From NCBI GenBank assembly GCA_963839205.1, contig CAWITU010000001.1:4643-68642 (forward strand): DNA of 64,000 bases, written 5' to 3'. The translations under genes and the position numbers were made by a program. Positions 1 through 8,294 of the stretch are shown here, in pieces; position 1 is the first letter of the stretch; each line of letters starts with the position of its first letter. Source of the stretch: an uncultured bacterium (GTDB lineage Bacteria > Patescibacteriota > Minisyncoccia > Phycocordibacterales > CAWITU01). Below the pieces are notes generated by a model. It ran no database searches. It was not told the origin of the DNA and was given only the letters and a program-made list of their open reading frames with translations.

Positions 1-10
1 AAAGTGAATC

Positions 11-469
11 TTGGATGTAGGAGCAGATACGGCAGAGTTTGCAAGATATCTGAGAGAAAGGGGTATTAGTGATAAAGTCTACAGTGTTGAACCATATGGT
101 GAATCTTTTGAGAGAACCAAAACAACCAAGGCTCTTGTCGAAGCTCTTCCCTTCAAAGACCACACTTTTGAATTGGTCATATCCCATGCCTCAATACCCA
201 ATGTTCTTCCCGGTGTTACTAAAGAAGAAAAGAAGGAGAATATACGAAAAGCATTGCTTGAAATGATTCGAGTAACTAAACCTGGTGGGGAAATTCGACT
301 AGGATCTGTAGGAAAAGGAGATGCCTATGAATTTCATATGAGAAGGACCGAAGCTTTTGATGAAATAATCGAGGAACTAAGACAACAACTAGGTTTTGAA
401 TATGAAGAAATATCCAAAGGAGAAACTTATGAGACAGAAGAAGATGGGACACAGAAAATTTTGAGATAA
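11..469 (+). CDS. class I SAM-dependent methyltransferase (fragment; upstream part lost at window edge or behind TGA at 5-7)
   Basis: The ORF opens with LDVGADTAEF, which resembles SAM-binding motif I. FELVISHASI and VTKPGGEIRL follow, typical of Rossmann methyltransferases. Confidence 0.6.
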   Translation: MDVGADTAEFARYLRERGISDKVYSVEPYGESFERTKTTKALVEALPFKDHTFELVISHASIPNVLPGVTKEEKKENIRKALLEMIRVTKPGGEIRLGSVGKGDAYEFHMRRTEAFDEIIEELRQQLGFEYEEISKGETYETEEDGTQKILR

Positions 470-502
470 GATATATCTAGTAAAAATCAAATTACCGAGC
501 AC

Positions 503-531
503 TAGACAGAATAGATAATACATGCTATAAT
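503..531 (+). promoter_or_regulatory. sigma70-type promoter TAGACA-17 nt-TGcTATAAT
   Basis: TAGACA lies at 503-508 and TATAAT at 526-531, with a TGn extended -10. It precedes a ~310-nt stretch leading to the 851 ORF. Confidence 0.55.
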
Positions 532-560
532 ACTCCCTGAACTTAACCAAAGGGGTTACG

Positions 561-758
561 ATGTACACTGTCAATAATTGGAAGGCAGATGTCTCTCGCT
601 CTTGGGCTCCTGCAAAGAAAGGTCTCAAAACCTTTGTGAAGTCTCTCCCGACACTGAGCCCTTGGAAACAATTTAACCCATGTTTTATCATGGTTACAAG
701 TTTCCTCTGGTTTCTGTGTAAGGTCAGCTTCTTTACTTTGCGGTTAGCTCTGAAGTAG
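561..758 (+). CDS. hypothetical small protein with hydrophobic C-terminal segment (uncertain; could instead be untranslated leader/ncRNA)
   Basis: 65-aa ORF with AAAGGGG 6 nt upstream of the ATG. The C-terminus FIMVTSFLWFLCKVSFFTL is hydrophobic. No recognisable family. Confidence 0.3.
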   Translation: MYTVNNWKADVSRSWAPAKKGLKTFVKSLPTLSPWKQFNPCFIMVTSFLWFLCKVSFFTLRLALK

Positions 759-850
759 TGACACTCTGAATAATTCATGCCTGGTGTGGCACATAACACT
801 AATCCAACCGATGATTGATCGGTATCAACTTCTGGAAGGGAGGTGATTGA

Positions 851-1063
851 ATGGAACAATGGATTCGGTACTTCGTGGGTACTCCTCGGCGCACGGTAAT
901 CACTTCGGTGGTTATTGGGCTCGTTGTGGTACTCATCGACCCGAACATCCTGACTCTCGCGGTCAATCGTTTGGTCTGCGCTTTAAGTCCTCTTCTGGGG
1001 CCTGCGCTTACCATCCTGATTGTCTTTGCTGGGATCAAGATGATTCTGGGCGGTAAGAAGTAA
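851..1063 (+). CDS. hypothetical small membrane protein (2 predicted TM helices)
   Basis: Strong RBS GGAAGGGAGGTG precedes the ATG. There are two hydrophobic stretches (VITSVVIGLVVVLI, LLGPALTILIVFAGIKMIL). A terminator follows at 1137-1167. Confidence 0.55.
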   Translation: MEQWIRYFVGTPRRTVITSVVIGLVVVLIDPNILTLAVNRLVCALSPLLGPALTILIVFAGIKMILGGKK

Positions 1064-1092
1064 CCGTTTAACCCTGCTGCGCCGAAAGGTGG

Positions 1093-1125
1093 CAAGCGGA
1101 GCACGTCGACTGCTTGGCAACAGAA
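1093..1125 (+). repeat. left copy of ~41-nt imperfect inverted repeat (core ACTGCTTGGCAACAGAA)
   Basis: 1109-1125 is the reverse complement of 2018-2034 with 1 mismatch in 17. A flanking GCGGAG block is also shared. My hand alignment gives 29/41 identical positions. Confidence 0.7.
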
Positions 1126-1136
1126 TTGTCGAAAAA

Positions 1137-1167
1137 CTCGTACAGCAATGTGCGGGTTTTCTTTTTT
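1137..1167 (+). terminator. rho-independent terminator (8-bp stem, GCAA loop, U-run)
   Basis: CTCGTACA-GCAA-TGTGCGGG is followed by TTTTCTTTTTT. Confidence 0.6.
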
Positions 1168-1204
1168 ATATACTTAAATAAGTTATCCTTTTAAAATACA
1201 CAAT

Positions 1205-1242
1205 CAAAAACCCGCAGTACCATTTTTGTTTGGTACCGTGGG
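1205..1242 (-). terminator. rho-independent terminator (second of two in tandem)
   Basis: On the minus strand, CCCACGGTACCA-loop-TGGTACTGCGGG is followed by TTTTTG. Confidence 0.55.
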
Positions 1243-1295
1243 ATTACAAGTTGATAGAGAGTCTCGGGCGAATAATTTAATACCTGCTGTGATAG

Positions 1296-1328
1296 ATAAA
1301 AAGAAAACCCCAAGCCTTATGCCTGGGG
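1296..1328 (-). terminator. rho-independent terminator downstream of the 1368-1859 ORF
   Basis: On the minus strand, CCCCAGGC-ATAAG-GCTTGGGG is followed by TTTTCTTTTT. Confidence 0.6.
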
Positions 1329-1367
1329 TGGAGAATGGTAACGCTATTCTTCCAAAAGCGATGGGTT

Positions 1368-1859
1368 TTAAGACCCGATAAGGATGACATCCTCGAGTGT
1401 CTCACCCTCAGTCGAATTGTCCACGAGGTCGTGGTTTTCGATCAGATTGCGAAACCGCTGTAAATCGCTCACGTGGAGGATGATAACAGCGCTACCGTCG
1501 GAGCGTTCCTTGATATCGCGCGCCCAGATGAGCATATCCTCACCATTCGCGAAGGTCGGAGAGAATACATCGCCGATCTTACGGAAGAGCGTCATTGCTG
1601 ACGGATTCTTCAGAACGGAGAGATCCTCGAAGGAGGCTTTGACGAAGTCGTTCATCGTGGCAGACCATTCGTGGTCGTCCTTAACTGAACTCATTCGGTT
1701 GACGCAACGTTCAAGGAACTCGATACTCTGCTTGGTCGCTTCCCACGAGGGAGAAACTTCCTTGGCAAGCGTGAGAATTTCCTGAACTGAGCCTTCCTTT
1801 TCGATATCTGACTTAACGTATGACAGAACTGCTGAGTAGAACTTCATTATTGGATTCAT
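1368..1859 (-). CDS. hypothetical acidic protein (163 aa), compositionally foreign
   Basis: Long ORF with GC-rich third codon positions. The first ATG is at 1859; the track start at 1871 is a TTG. It has its own leader and terminators. No family recognised. Confidence 0.6.
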   Translation of the reverse strand: MNPIMKFYSAVLSYVKSDIEKEGSVQEILTLAKEVSPSWEATKQSIEFLERCVNRMSSVKDDHEWSATMNDFVKASFEDLSVLKNPSAMTLFRKIGDVFSPTFANGEDMLIWARDIKERSDGSAVIILHVSDLQRFRNLIENHDLVDNSTEGETLEDVILIGS

Positions 1860-1908
1860 AACAATGTACAATGAGGTGACGTTATCCCCAGACGGAAACT
1901 GTTTTATG
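1860..1908 (-). promoter_or_regulatory. conserved 5' leader, copy 1 (AAACAG..CGTCTGGGGATAACGTCACC..ATTG..ATG)
   Basis: It shares an exact 13-mer GGATAACGTCACC plus flanking blocks with 2302-2349, at the same distance from the start codon. Confidence 0.6.
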
Positions 1909-2017
1909 ACAATTGTTTCAATGTCGTTGTTTTGGTTTCTGTTTCATCCTTTCGGAATCATCAGTCGGAATACTCATTCCGAGACAGACGGGTCAGTTTT
2001 CACTAACCCCCACACAG

Positions 2018-2051
2018 TTCTGTTGCCAAGTAGTGTGGATACTCCGCGTGC
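2018..2051 (-). repeat. right copy of the imperfect inverted repeat
   Basis: TTCTGTTGCCAAGTAGT..ACTCCGCGTGC is the reverse-complement partner of 1093-1125. Confidence 0.7.
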
Positions 2052-2073
2052 TAAAGCAGTAGGTCGGTAGGTC

Positions 2074-2301
2074 CTACATTGCACAGGGGTGAGAATCCTC
2101 CTCCCCACGCTTCACTGCCTCGATGAACGAGAGCAGATCCGGAGAACCAGCGACTTCATTTAAATCGCCAGAGTCTCTCTTGAGCACCCGAAATGTTCCG
2201 GCAAAGCACTCTGTTACGTAGAATTCACTGTCCTCATCGATCACATGATAGATGTTGTCGCCGTGGCCTTCGAAACTTTTAGAGATTTGAATAATGATCA
2301 T
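2074..2301 (-). CDS. hypothetical acidic protein (75 aa)
   Basis: The ATG at 2301 sits directly after the conserved leader, so I prefer it to the track's GTG at 2376. No family recognised. Confidence 0.5.
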   Translation of the reverse strand: MIIIQISKSFEGHGDNIYHVIDEDSEFYVTECFAGTFRVLKRDSGDLNEVAGSPDLLSFIEAVKRGEEDSHPCAM

Positions 2302-2349
2302 AATTGCAATAGCGGTGACGTTATCCGCAGACGTGATCTGTTTAAAACG
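2302..2349 (-). promoter_or_regulatory. conserved 5' leader, copy 2
   Basis: TAAACAGATCACGTCTGCGGATAACGTCACCGCTATTGCAATT-ATG aligns with 1860-1908. Confidence 0.6.
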
Positions 2350-2383
2350 GTTGATCAAACGTTTGCTATCTCTCACCGAAGGT

Positions 2384-2433
2384 AAGCCATAGCCAGAAAA
2401 CTCCGATAATTCAGGGTCTTTTGGCTATGGCTT
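2384..2433 (-). repeat. perfect 12-bp stem hairpin AAGCCATAGCCA / TGGCTATGGCTT with 26-nt loop
   Basis: Read directly from the sequence. The stem core GCCATAGCC/GGCTATGGC resembles the stem at 11172-11219, and both enclose 28 nt between the 9-mer cores. Confidence 0.7.
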
Positions 2434-2506
2434 TCACTACCTTTCTCAAAGAACTTATTACTTTTATATTATATCATAGCTATATTAAATGTCAAATTAT
2501 GATGAT

Positions 2507-2534
2507 TTGACACTTGGCTTCATTTTGTTATGCT
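2507..2534 (+). promoter_or_regulatory. sigma70-type promoter TTGACA-16 nt-TGtTATGCT
   Basis: TTGACA lies at 2507-2512 and an extended -10 at 2526-2534. Confidence 0.5.
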
Positions 2535-2540
2535 TACCAA

Positions 2541-2706
2541 GGGTTTATGGATTGTGGTGTTGGTACTTGTATCTTGAAATTGCATTTTAGTTCTAATAGC
2601 TTTCCAAGCCATTACAACCAAAATACAATCTCAACTACATCTACCTTCACTTCTCTCCTCGCACCTTTTCCACAACATGTCCGCCCTCGGGACATGTTTT
2701 CTTTTT
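2541..2706 (+). ncRNA. candidate small RNA (~165 nt) bounded by promoter and terminator
   Basis: A promoter sits at 2507-2534. A perfect terminator (AACATGTCC-GCCCTCG-GGACATGTT + TTTTCTTTTT) sits at 2674-2706. The only ORFs inside are a low-complexity 67-aa frame and a 14-codon peptide (MDCGVGTCILKLHF). Confidence 0.35.
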
Positions 2707-2743
2707 GTATATTTTAATCTTTAAAACTTAATCAAACTATCAC

Positions 2744-2856
2744 AAAATGAGACACAAGATAAGACAAGTAAAAGTGTCTCATTTGTCTCATTCTCATTAA
2801 ATTAAACATATTCTAAGCCAAAGTCGTTTTTTATACTTTCCCCAAAATGAGACACA
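2744..2856. repeat. three copies of AAATGAGACAC (two direct, exactly 100 bp apart, and one inverted)
   Basis: AAAATGAGACACA occurs at 2744-2756 and at 2844-2856. GTGTCTCATTT occurs at 2774-2784. The first and the inverted copy form a 9-bp IR with an 18-nt spacer. Confidence 0.7.
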
Positions 2857-2895
2857 GGTTTTACCTACTGTTCCATCCCTTTTATAGTGTTCCAA

Positions 2896-2944
2896 GTGTT
2901 CCGTCTAAACGATTATAAGCCATATTTTTGTTAGAACGGAACAC
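2896..2944. repeat. inverted repeat GTGTTCCGT / ACGGAACAC (31-nt spacer), with an extra direct GTGTTCC copy at 2888
   Basis: Read directly from the sequence. It lies in a ~1-kb ORF-poor AT-rich tract. Confidence 0.6.
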
Positions 2945-3202
2945 CTGATTTCTCTAGATTGTAGGCATTTATAGGCATTTGATTGCCTCGATTTCCCAAA
3001 TCCCAAAAGTCAATCTGACTTAGAAGATACAATGCTTATTATGTGGCTTAAATATTGGGTTTTCTCTTGCATCGCCATTTTCTCAGGGTCCAAAATTTTG
3101 GGTTTGTTTGGCTTTTGATCATGTAATTATATGAATGATACAGACTAATAAGACTCCAAAATATGCTCAAAACAGTTTCATTAGTTTCATAAGTGGAAAA
3201 TG

Positions 3203-3296
3203 ACCCCCTATGCGGTGGGGTTAGTGATACTACTTGATAAGGCCTTGAAAAACCCTTACACTGCTTGAAGCCCTCTCGTCCGAGACTCGGTGGGGG
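3203..3296. other. GC-rich ~94-nt element closed by ACCCCC/GGGGGT helix (possible structured RNA, strand unknown)
   Basis: The terminal 6-bp helix encloses internal hairpins CCGAG-A-CTCGG and AGGCCTT../..AAGCCCT. The surroundings are AT-rich. Confidence 0.25.
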
Positions 3297-3416
3297 CATT
3301 AATTTTGACCCTTGTTCTACAATATGTTTTTTAGGTAGTCCAAATAGGAATAGAACTTTCGAAGTATAGATGATAATATTAATCTCTTAATATTATTAAA
3401 CTCAATTCTTAAATTT

Positions 3417-3776
3417 ATGGATGATAATTCTGTGGTAGCCACGAAGGCTCCAAACGAAATACTTTATGTGATTGCGGCAATGTTGGTGCTACCATGTCTT
3501 AATCTCTTTAACTTTTTTAGTCAAAAATTTATTCTCTCACTAGAAAATCTGGGATATTTTGCAGTCTCAGTAATTGCAATTATTTTATCTTATTTCCTAT
3601 ATAAAGGGTCAAAGATTGCACGAAAGATAATTATTATCTATTACTTATATATAATACTACTTGTATTTCTAAGCATCCCTCTTTTTCTTTGGGACTTGCC
3701 TCAGGGTCTAGTAATTCTTCCGGGGTACCTTTTCTTGGTTTGTTCTCCCAATTTTTTCTTGGGTTGGTTGTATTAG
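3417..3776 (+). CDS. hypothetical integral membrane protein (about 4 TM segments)
   Basis: 119-aa hydrophobic ORF with host-like AT-rich composition. Confidence 0.55.
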   Translation: MDDNSVVATKAPNEILYVIAAMLVLPCLNLFNFFSQKFILSLENLGYFAVSVIAIILSYFLYKGSKIARKIIIIYYLYIILLVFLSIPLFLWDLPQGLVILPGYLFLVCSPNFFLGWLY

Positions 3777-4016
3777 TTGTGTTGTTTTCGAAACGGCTAA
3801 ACAATATTTCAAAATTACTTAGTCCTGTAGTCTACAACATCACCTCCCAACTCTTTCATATACAAAAACTTAAGATAGAGTCCATCCATATATTCCTTAT
3901 TCGATAACACATCAAATACAGTTATAGTAACTGCCTGTCCGGGGCACAAATTAAAACACTAGTATTTTTGGGGTCATTCCTGTAGGGTATTGCTTGAGAA
4001 AGTGAGGATTAGATCT

Positions 4017-5269
4017 ATGTCAATTAACGCATCGAATTATGAATTGGAAGTTATTAACCCTGGGGACCGCGCTTCTGCGCTAGCCCATCAAGTTAACATT
4101 GATAGCTATAAAAACTGCCCTGCCGTTCTGATTGTTCCGCACCAACCCGGAAATTTCCGGGGACCTGTTGGATATATTTGGCGGCCAGAAATTCTCCGGG
4201 CCATGTTGGAAAAACTCCAACTTAGTGATAGTGGTGAAGAAGTTGTAAATTGGGGGATGATTGGCGCCGTCGAGAATGATGGAGCTGGTGGAAAAGGACA
4301 ATTTTTAACCTTAAGCAACAAGCTTGAGGCGTGGCGTAATTTTGGTTGGGAAATTATCACGATGACCGCCGATGATTTAGCGCGCAGCGGTCGTTTCCCA
4401 GCAATCATGAGCAACGAGATTAATGTCCGGAATATCAATGAAAATAACTTTGCTATCATGGAAGCGATTTTTCTTGGTTACGGTGAAGCGCTCCGACAAT
4501 CACATCTGGTTAACATAACAGGTGAAACTGCGGTCATGAAAAATAGCGTTACCGCCTTTTGTGATATCAATTCCAAGGAACAACTTGTCGTGACTTGGGG
4601 AGGGACATGTTTGGGGCTGGCTGATAGTAAAGCCCTAATCACCGGAAAACTCTTCGCCCCGGTCTCGCTGTCATCGGCTTTCTGGAACACGGTTATCGGT
4701 GTAATGGTGGAACCTTTTTCACTGACTTGATTATGGGGAAATGGGGGCCAAACATTCGGCAGATTCTGCAAAATCCAGAAGCGATGAAATTTGTCGATCA
4801 GCTCACTAAACCATCTTTGAGTTACTCCGGGATTATTACCAAACTCGTTGGATGGAAGCCTAATGGTCTTCTCGGTGAGCCAATGGTAAAAATTCACGGC
4901 GCTGCGCATATTACTGGTGGAGGTGTTTGGGGGAAACTCGCGGACATACTTCCGCCTGGCGTCGGAGTTGAACTTCCTGAGATGCCAGAACCACCGGCGG
5001 TACTTCTAGAAGCACAGAAACTTTCAGCAAGACTACAAAATCCGCTAAATGATTTCCGTGCATACGGGGACCTTCATGGAGGTTGTGGAATGTTTGTGAT
5101 TTGCAATCCAGAAGATGCCGACACGGTAATTGCAGAAGTTTCTCGACAAGGTAAGGTTGCTAAAAAAGTTGGTGTCACGACCGAGTCAGAAAATTCTGAG
5201 ATTCGAATCAAATCGCGTTTCATGGAGGGGAGATGGCTTTCGTCGTTAGAAAGTTCGTCAGCAAGTTAA
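4017..5269 (+). CDS. PurM/AIR-synthase-like ATP-binding protein, interrupted by one frameshift near 4655-4665
   Basis: It has VENDGAGGKG, TADDLARSG, NITGETAVM and AAHITGGGVWGKL motifs. The two track ORFs (3990-4730, 4727-5269) join as ..KLFAP|GLAVIGFLEHGYRCNGGTFF.. in another frame. Confidence 0.7.
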
Positions 5270-5287
5270 AAATTCTGATAATTGAAA

Positions 5288-5324
5288 GGGCCCGTTTCGC
5301 ATTTGCGAAACGGGCCCTCTTTTT
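5288..5324. terminator. bidirectional terminator, perfect palindrome GGGCCCGTTTCGCA/TGCGAAACGGGCCC
   Basis: It sits between convergent genes, with an A-run upstream and a T-run downstream. Confidence 0.8.
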
Positions 5325-5334
5325 AATATATGTT

Positions 5335-7463
5335 TTACTTTCCGTTGTTTAGATCAGCGCGTGTTGCAGGGCCTAGATTTCCCAAAGCACTTAATCCGTG
5401 GGCGCTTTGATATTGTTTGATTGCTGACACAGTAAGACTTCCGTAGTAACCCGTAATTGGTCCGCTGTAAATTCCAAGGGCAGTTAATCTTTTCTGAAGT
5501 TCGGTTACTTCCGTTCCTTTTGAAGCGAAATCAAGGGGGTTACTGAATATGTATCCATCACCAATGGTTCCAACATTTGATGAATTGGAAGCTACAACTG
5601 GCTCAGCGGCGCTAGAAGTAACTGTCACATAGAATGGGTTACAGACCCCGCTAGTTGAACAAATATTTAATGAAAGAGTCCGGGAGTAACTCCTGTTAGG
5701 GATAAATTACTTCCGTTAACATTTGCTGTGAATGGGGTAGTTGGAGTTGTTGAAAGATAATATGAACCACTTCCGCCGGTTATTGAGAGTACAAGCGTTT
5801 GTCCAACTGAAATAACTGGGTTAAGTGTGAGTGAGGAGGTTGTCGTTGTTGGAGATGTTCCGGTAACCGTTACATAAAGGCTGGCACATTGGCCAGATGT
5901 CTGACAAATAGTGATTGTTGAATTTCCTTGATTGTTGGCGGTTAAATTAACAGTGCTACCATTTATAGTGACCGTTGCTACAGTCGGGCTAGTATTACCT
6001 GAAACATAATATCCGTTGTTACCTGACGAAATAGTTATAGCACCACTTTGCCCAGCATAAAGTGAAATATTATTTTGACTTAAGGTAAGTGGATTATTTG
6101 AGGTTGTGGAATTAACACTTACTGATAAAGAGGTACAACCTCCACCAGCAGAGCAGACTTCAATATTTGTAGACCCGGTATTAATTCCAGTAACAGTCAT
6201 AACATTCCCATTTAAAGTGGATGCTGCGATAGAAGCAGATGATCCTTGAACTATGCTGTACGGTTCAGTCCCACCGGAGATAGTAATGCTAACCGCCTGA
6301 CCTATTAAAAGATTTAAACTAGTTTGGCTTAAGCTTAATGTTCCACCGCTTCCACCCGAGCTAACTGTGACGGTAATTGTTCCACAACTACCAGAGGTTG
6401 AACAAACAGTCAGAGTATCTGTTCCATAATTAGTTCCATATAATGTGAGAACGCTGTTTGAAATATTGGCTTGAACAATATTGGAATTAGGATTTGAAGA
6501 AACGGTATAACTGCCAGTTCCTCCGTAAATAGTAATTGTAGTTATTTGGTTTGAAGGGATTGTAGGGTTTGTCTGGCTAAATGTGATTCCTGTCGAAGAG
6601 TTTGTTCCAATAGTCGCATTAATAATTCCACATGAACTAATGTCAGTTGAACAAATTGTGATAGTGTCAGATCCGCTTGAACTTTCTCCATATAGACTCA
6701 CAATCGAACCACTTATGGTTGATTGAATTACATTTGAATTGGAATTATTAAGAATGGAATATATTCCTGTGCCACCAGAAACTGACACTGTCGTTGTTTG
6801 ACCAACTGCAACCGAAACATTATTTTGATTAAAAACAATCGGTTGTGCATTGTTAGAATTTACCGCTACATAGACACTGCCACATTGTGAAGAATTACCT
6901 TGAGTGCAAACTGTAATAACTGAAGATCCATTATTAGTTGCTGTTATTAGAATTTGATTGCCACTAATGGAGGTATTAATGATAGATGGATTTGAATTGT
7001 TGGAGATATAAAATGACCCGCTAGAATTGGTTAGAGTGACACTAGTAGATTGCCCTACCGGCAAAACAACGCTTGTTTGGCTTAAAGAAAGAGTCCCTGA
7101 TGTTGAAGAAGTAGTGTTGGTATATGGCCACGACATGCTGGTTGACGGTGCCCCATCAACGGTTACGTAAACAGAATTATTCGAATTAATATTGTAAGTC
7201 GCAGTATTGATGGCGGTCCAGAATTGACCACTAGAATTGGTTGTTCCAATATTAACTTCCTGAATGACCCCGTTTGTTGTTGAGTAATAGTAAAAATTGA
7301 TGGCGGCATTTGGGTCGGCATTCGTAACTGAAACAATGACTGAACCAGTTGTCCCCGTGTTATTACTTAATGTAAGTGTTGGGGTACTGGCGGCTTCGAC
7401 GTTAATAAATGGAACAACTAATAAAATAGCCGAAGCTATCAGAGAAAGTTTGATTGTTTTCAT
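5335..7463 (-). CDS. secreted repeat protein: signal peptide, ~7 tandem ~80-aa Ig-like repeats each ending in a C..C pair, C-terminal peptidoglycan-binding domain; one frameshift near 5675-5695
   Basis: The N-terminus MKTIKLSLIASAILLVVPFINVEAA looks like a signal peptide. The repeats have the pattern LSLSQT..VGQ..V...GG.G.Y....N......I.G..L.L.G...G....TVC...G.CG...VTV. The tail LQKRLTALGIYSGPITGYYGSLTVSAIKQYQ is PG_binding_1-like. The last repeat continues across the 5628/5667 ORF gap in another frame. Confidence 0.75.
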
Positions 7464-7577
7464 GTTTTTATTTTAACACGTTACTTTGTACTTAGTTTAG
7501 ACCGATACCTATAGTACTGATTCAGGACAGATTTTGGCTCACTTTTCAAACGGTCTATTTTAAGCAATACTGATGAT

Positions 7578-8294
7578 ATGCGACTACACCGATTCTATTA
7601 TAAAGCGCAAATAGGGGATAAAAAGGAGATTTTTATTGAAAATAATCCATTAATTCACCAATGGAAGAATGTATTTCGTCTAAAACCAGCTGATAAAGTA
7701 ATCCTTTTTGATAATTCTGGTTTTGAATATTTGGCGGAGATTGTTTTGATAAGCAAAGATGAAACTAGAATTAAGATTTTGGAAGTTAAAGATAAGAAAG
7801 TTGAAAGCAGCGAAAAGCCGGATGTTAGGCTTTTCGCTGCTTTAATAAAGAAAGACAACTTTGAATTAATTATTCAAAAGGCAACCGAGCTCGGGGTTTC
7901 AGAAATTACTCCAATCATTTCAGATAGGAGTGAGAAAAAGGATCTAAATATGGAACGAGCTGAAAAGATTATTATTGAGGCGTCTGAGCAGTCGGGGAGA
8001 GTGCTTTTACCAATATTAAATAAGCCCCAAAAACTAGAAGAGGCGCTAGATGAAATAAATATGAATTTTGTTTCATTTAATCCTGAAGGAGAATCGCTAA
8101 AATCTGGGGATAATCTCAAAGCTCTAAAAGAAAAAGGCCCGATCGGGCTATTGATCGGGCCTGAAGGAGGCTGGAGTGATAAGGAGATTGAATTATTTAA
8201 ATCAAAAAATATTCCTATCTATAATCTCGGCTCTCAAATTCTTCGAGCCGAAACCGCCGCCATCGCTATCTCAGGATTATTTCTGCTCTCCTAG
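7578..8294 (+). CDS. rsmE: 16S rRNA (uracil1498-N3)-methyltransferase
   Basis: It has the MRLHRFY start, KATELGV and a LLIGPEGGWS C-terminal motif. Confidence 0.85.
   Translation: MRLHRFYYKAQIGDKKEIFIENNPLIHQWKNVFRLKPADKVILFDNSGFEYLAEIVLISKDETRIKILEVKDKKVESSEKPDVRLFAALIKKDNFELIIQKATELGVSEITPIISDRSEKKDLNMERAEKIIIEASEQSGRVLLPILNKPQKLEEALDEINMNFVSFNPEGESLKSGDNLKALKEKGPIGLLIGPEGGWSDKEIELFKSKNIPIYNLGSQILRAETAAIAISGLFLLS

Noticed and set aside
1109-1131. The repeat cores contain a sigma54-like element, TGGCAA-N5-TTGT (also CTGT in the second copy).
   Set aside because: The critical -12 GC is not conserved in either copy (it reads GT). One copy points straight into a terminator. No sigma54 or enhancer-binding-protein gene is visible.
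3203-3296. I asked whether the GC-rich ~94-nt element is a tRNA, 5S rRNA, SRP RNA, tmRNA or RNase P fragment.
   Set aside because: It has no D- or T-loop signatures, no 5S loop motifs (CCGAAC, GAGAGUAGG), no SRP GGAA/AGCA helix-8 motif and no RNase P GAGGAAAGUCC. I kept it only as an unclassified structured element.
5667-7463. I asked whether the repeat protein is a diversity-generating retroelement target or whether its repeats form a DNA-level tandem array.
   Set aside because: There is no reverse transcriptase in the window and no template/variable repeat pair with A-specific differences. The repeats are diverged at the nucleotide level.
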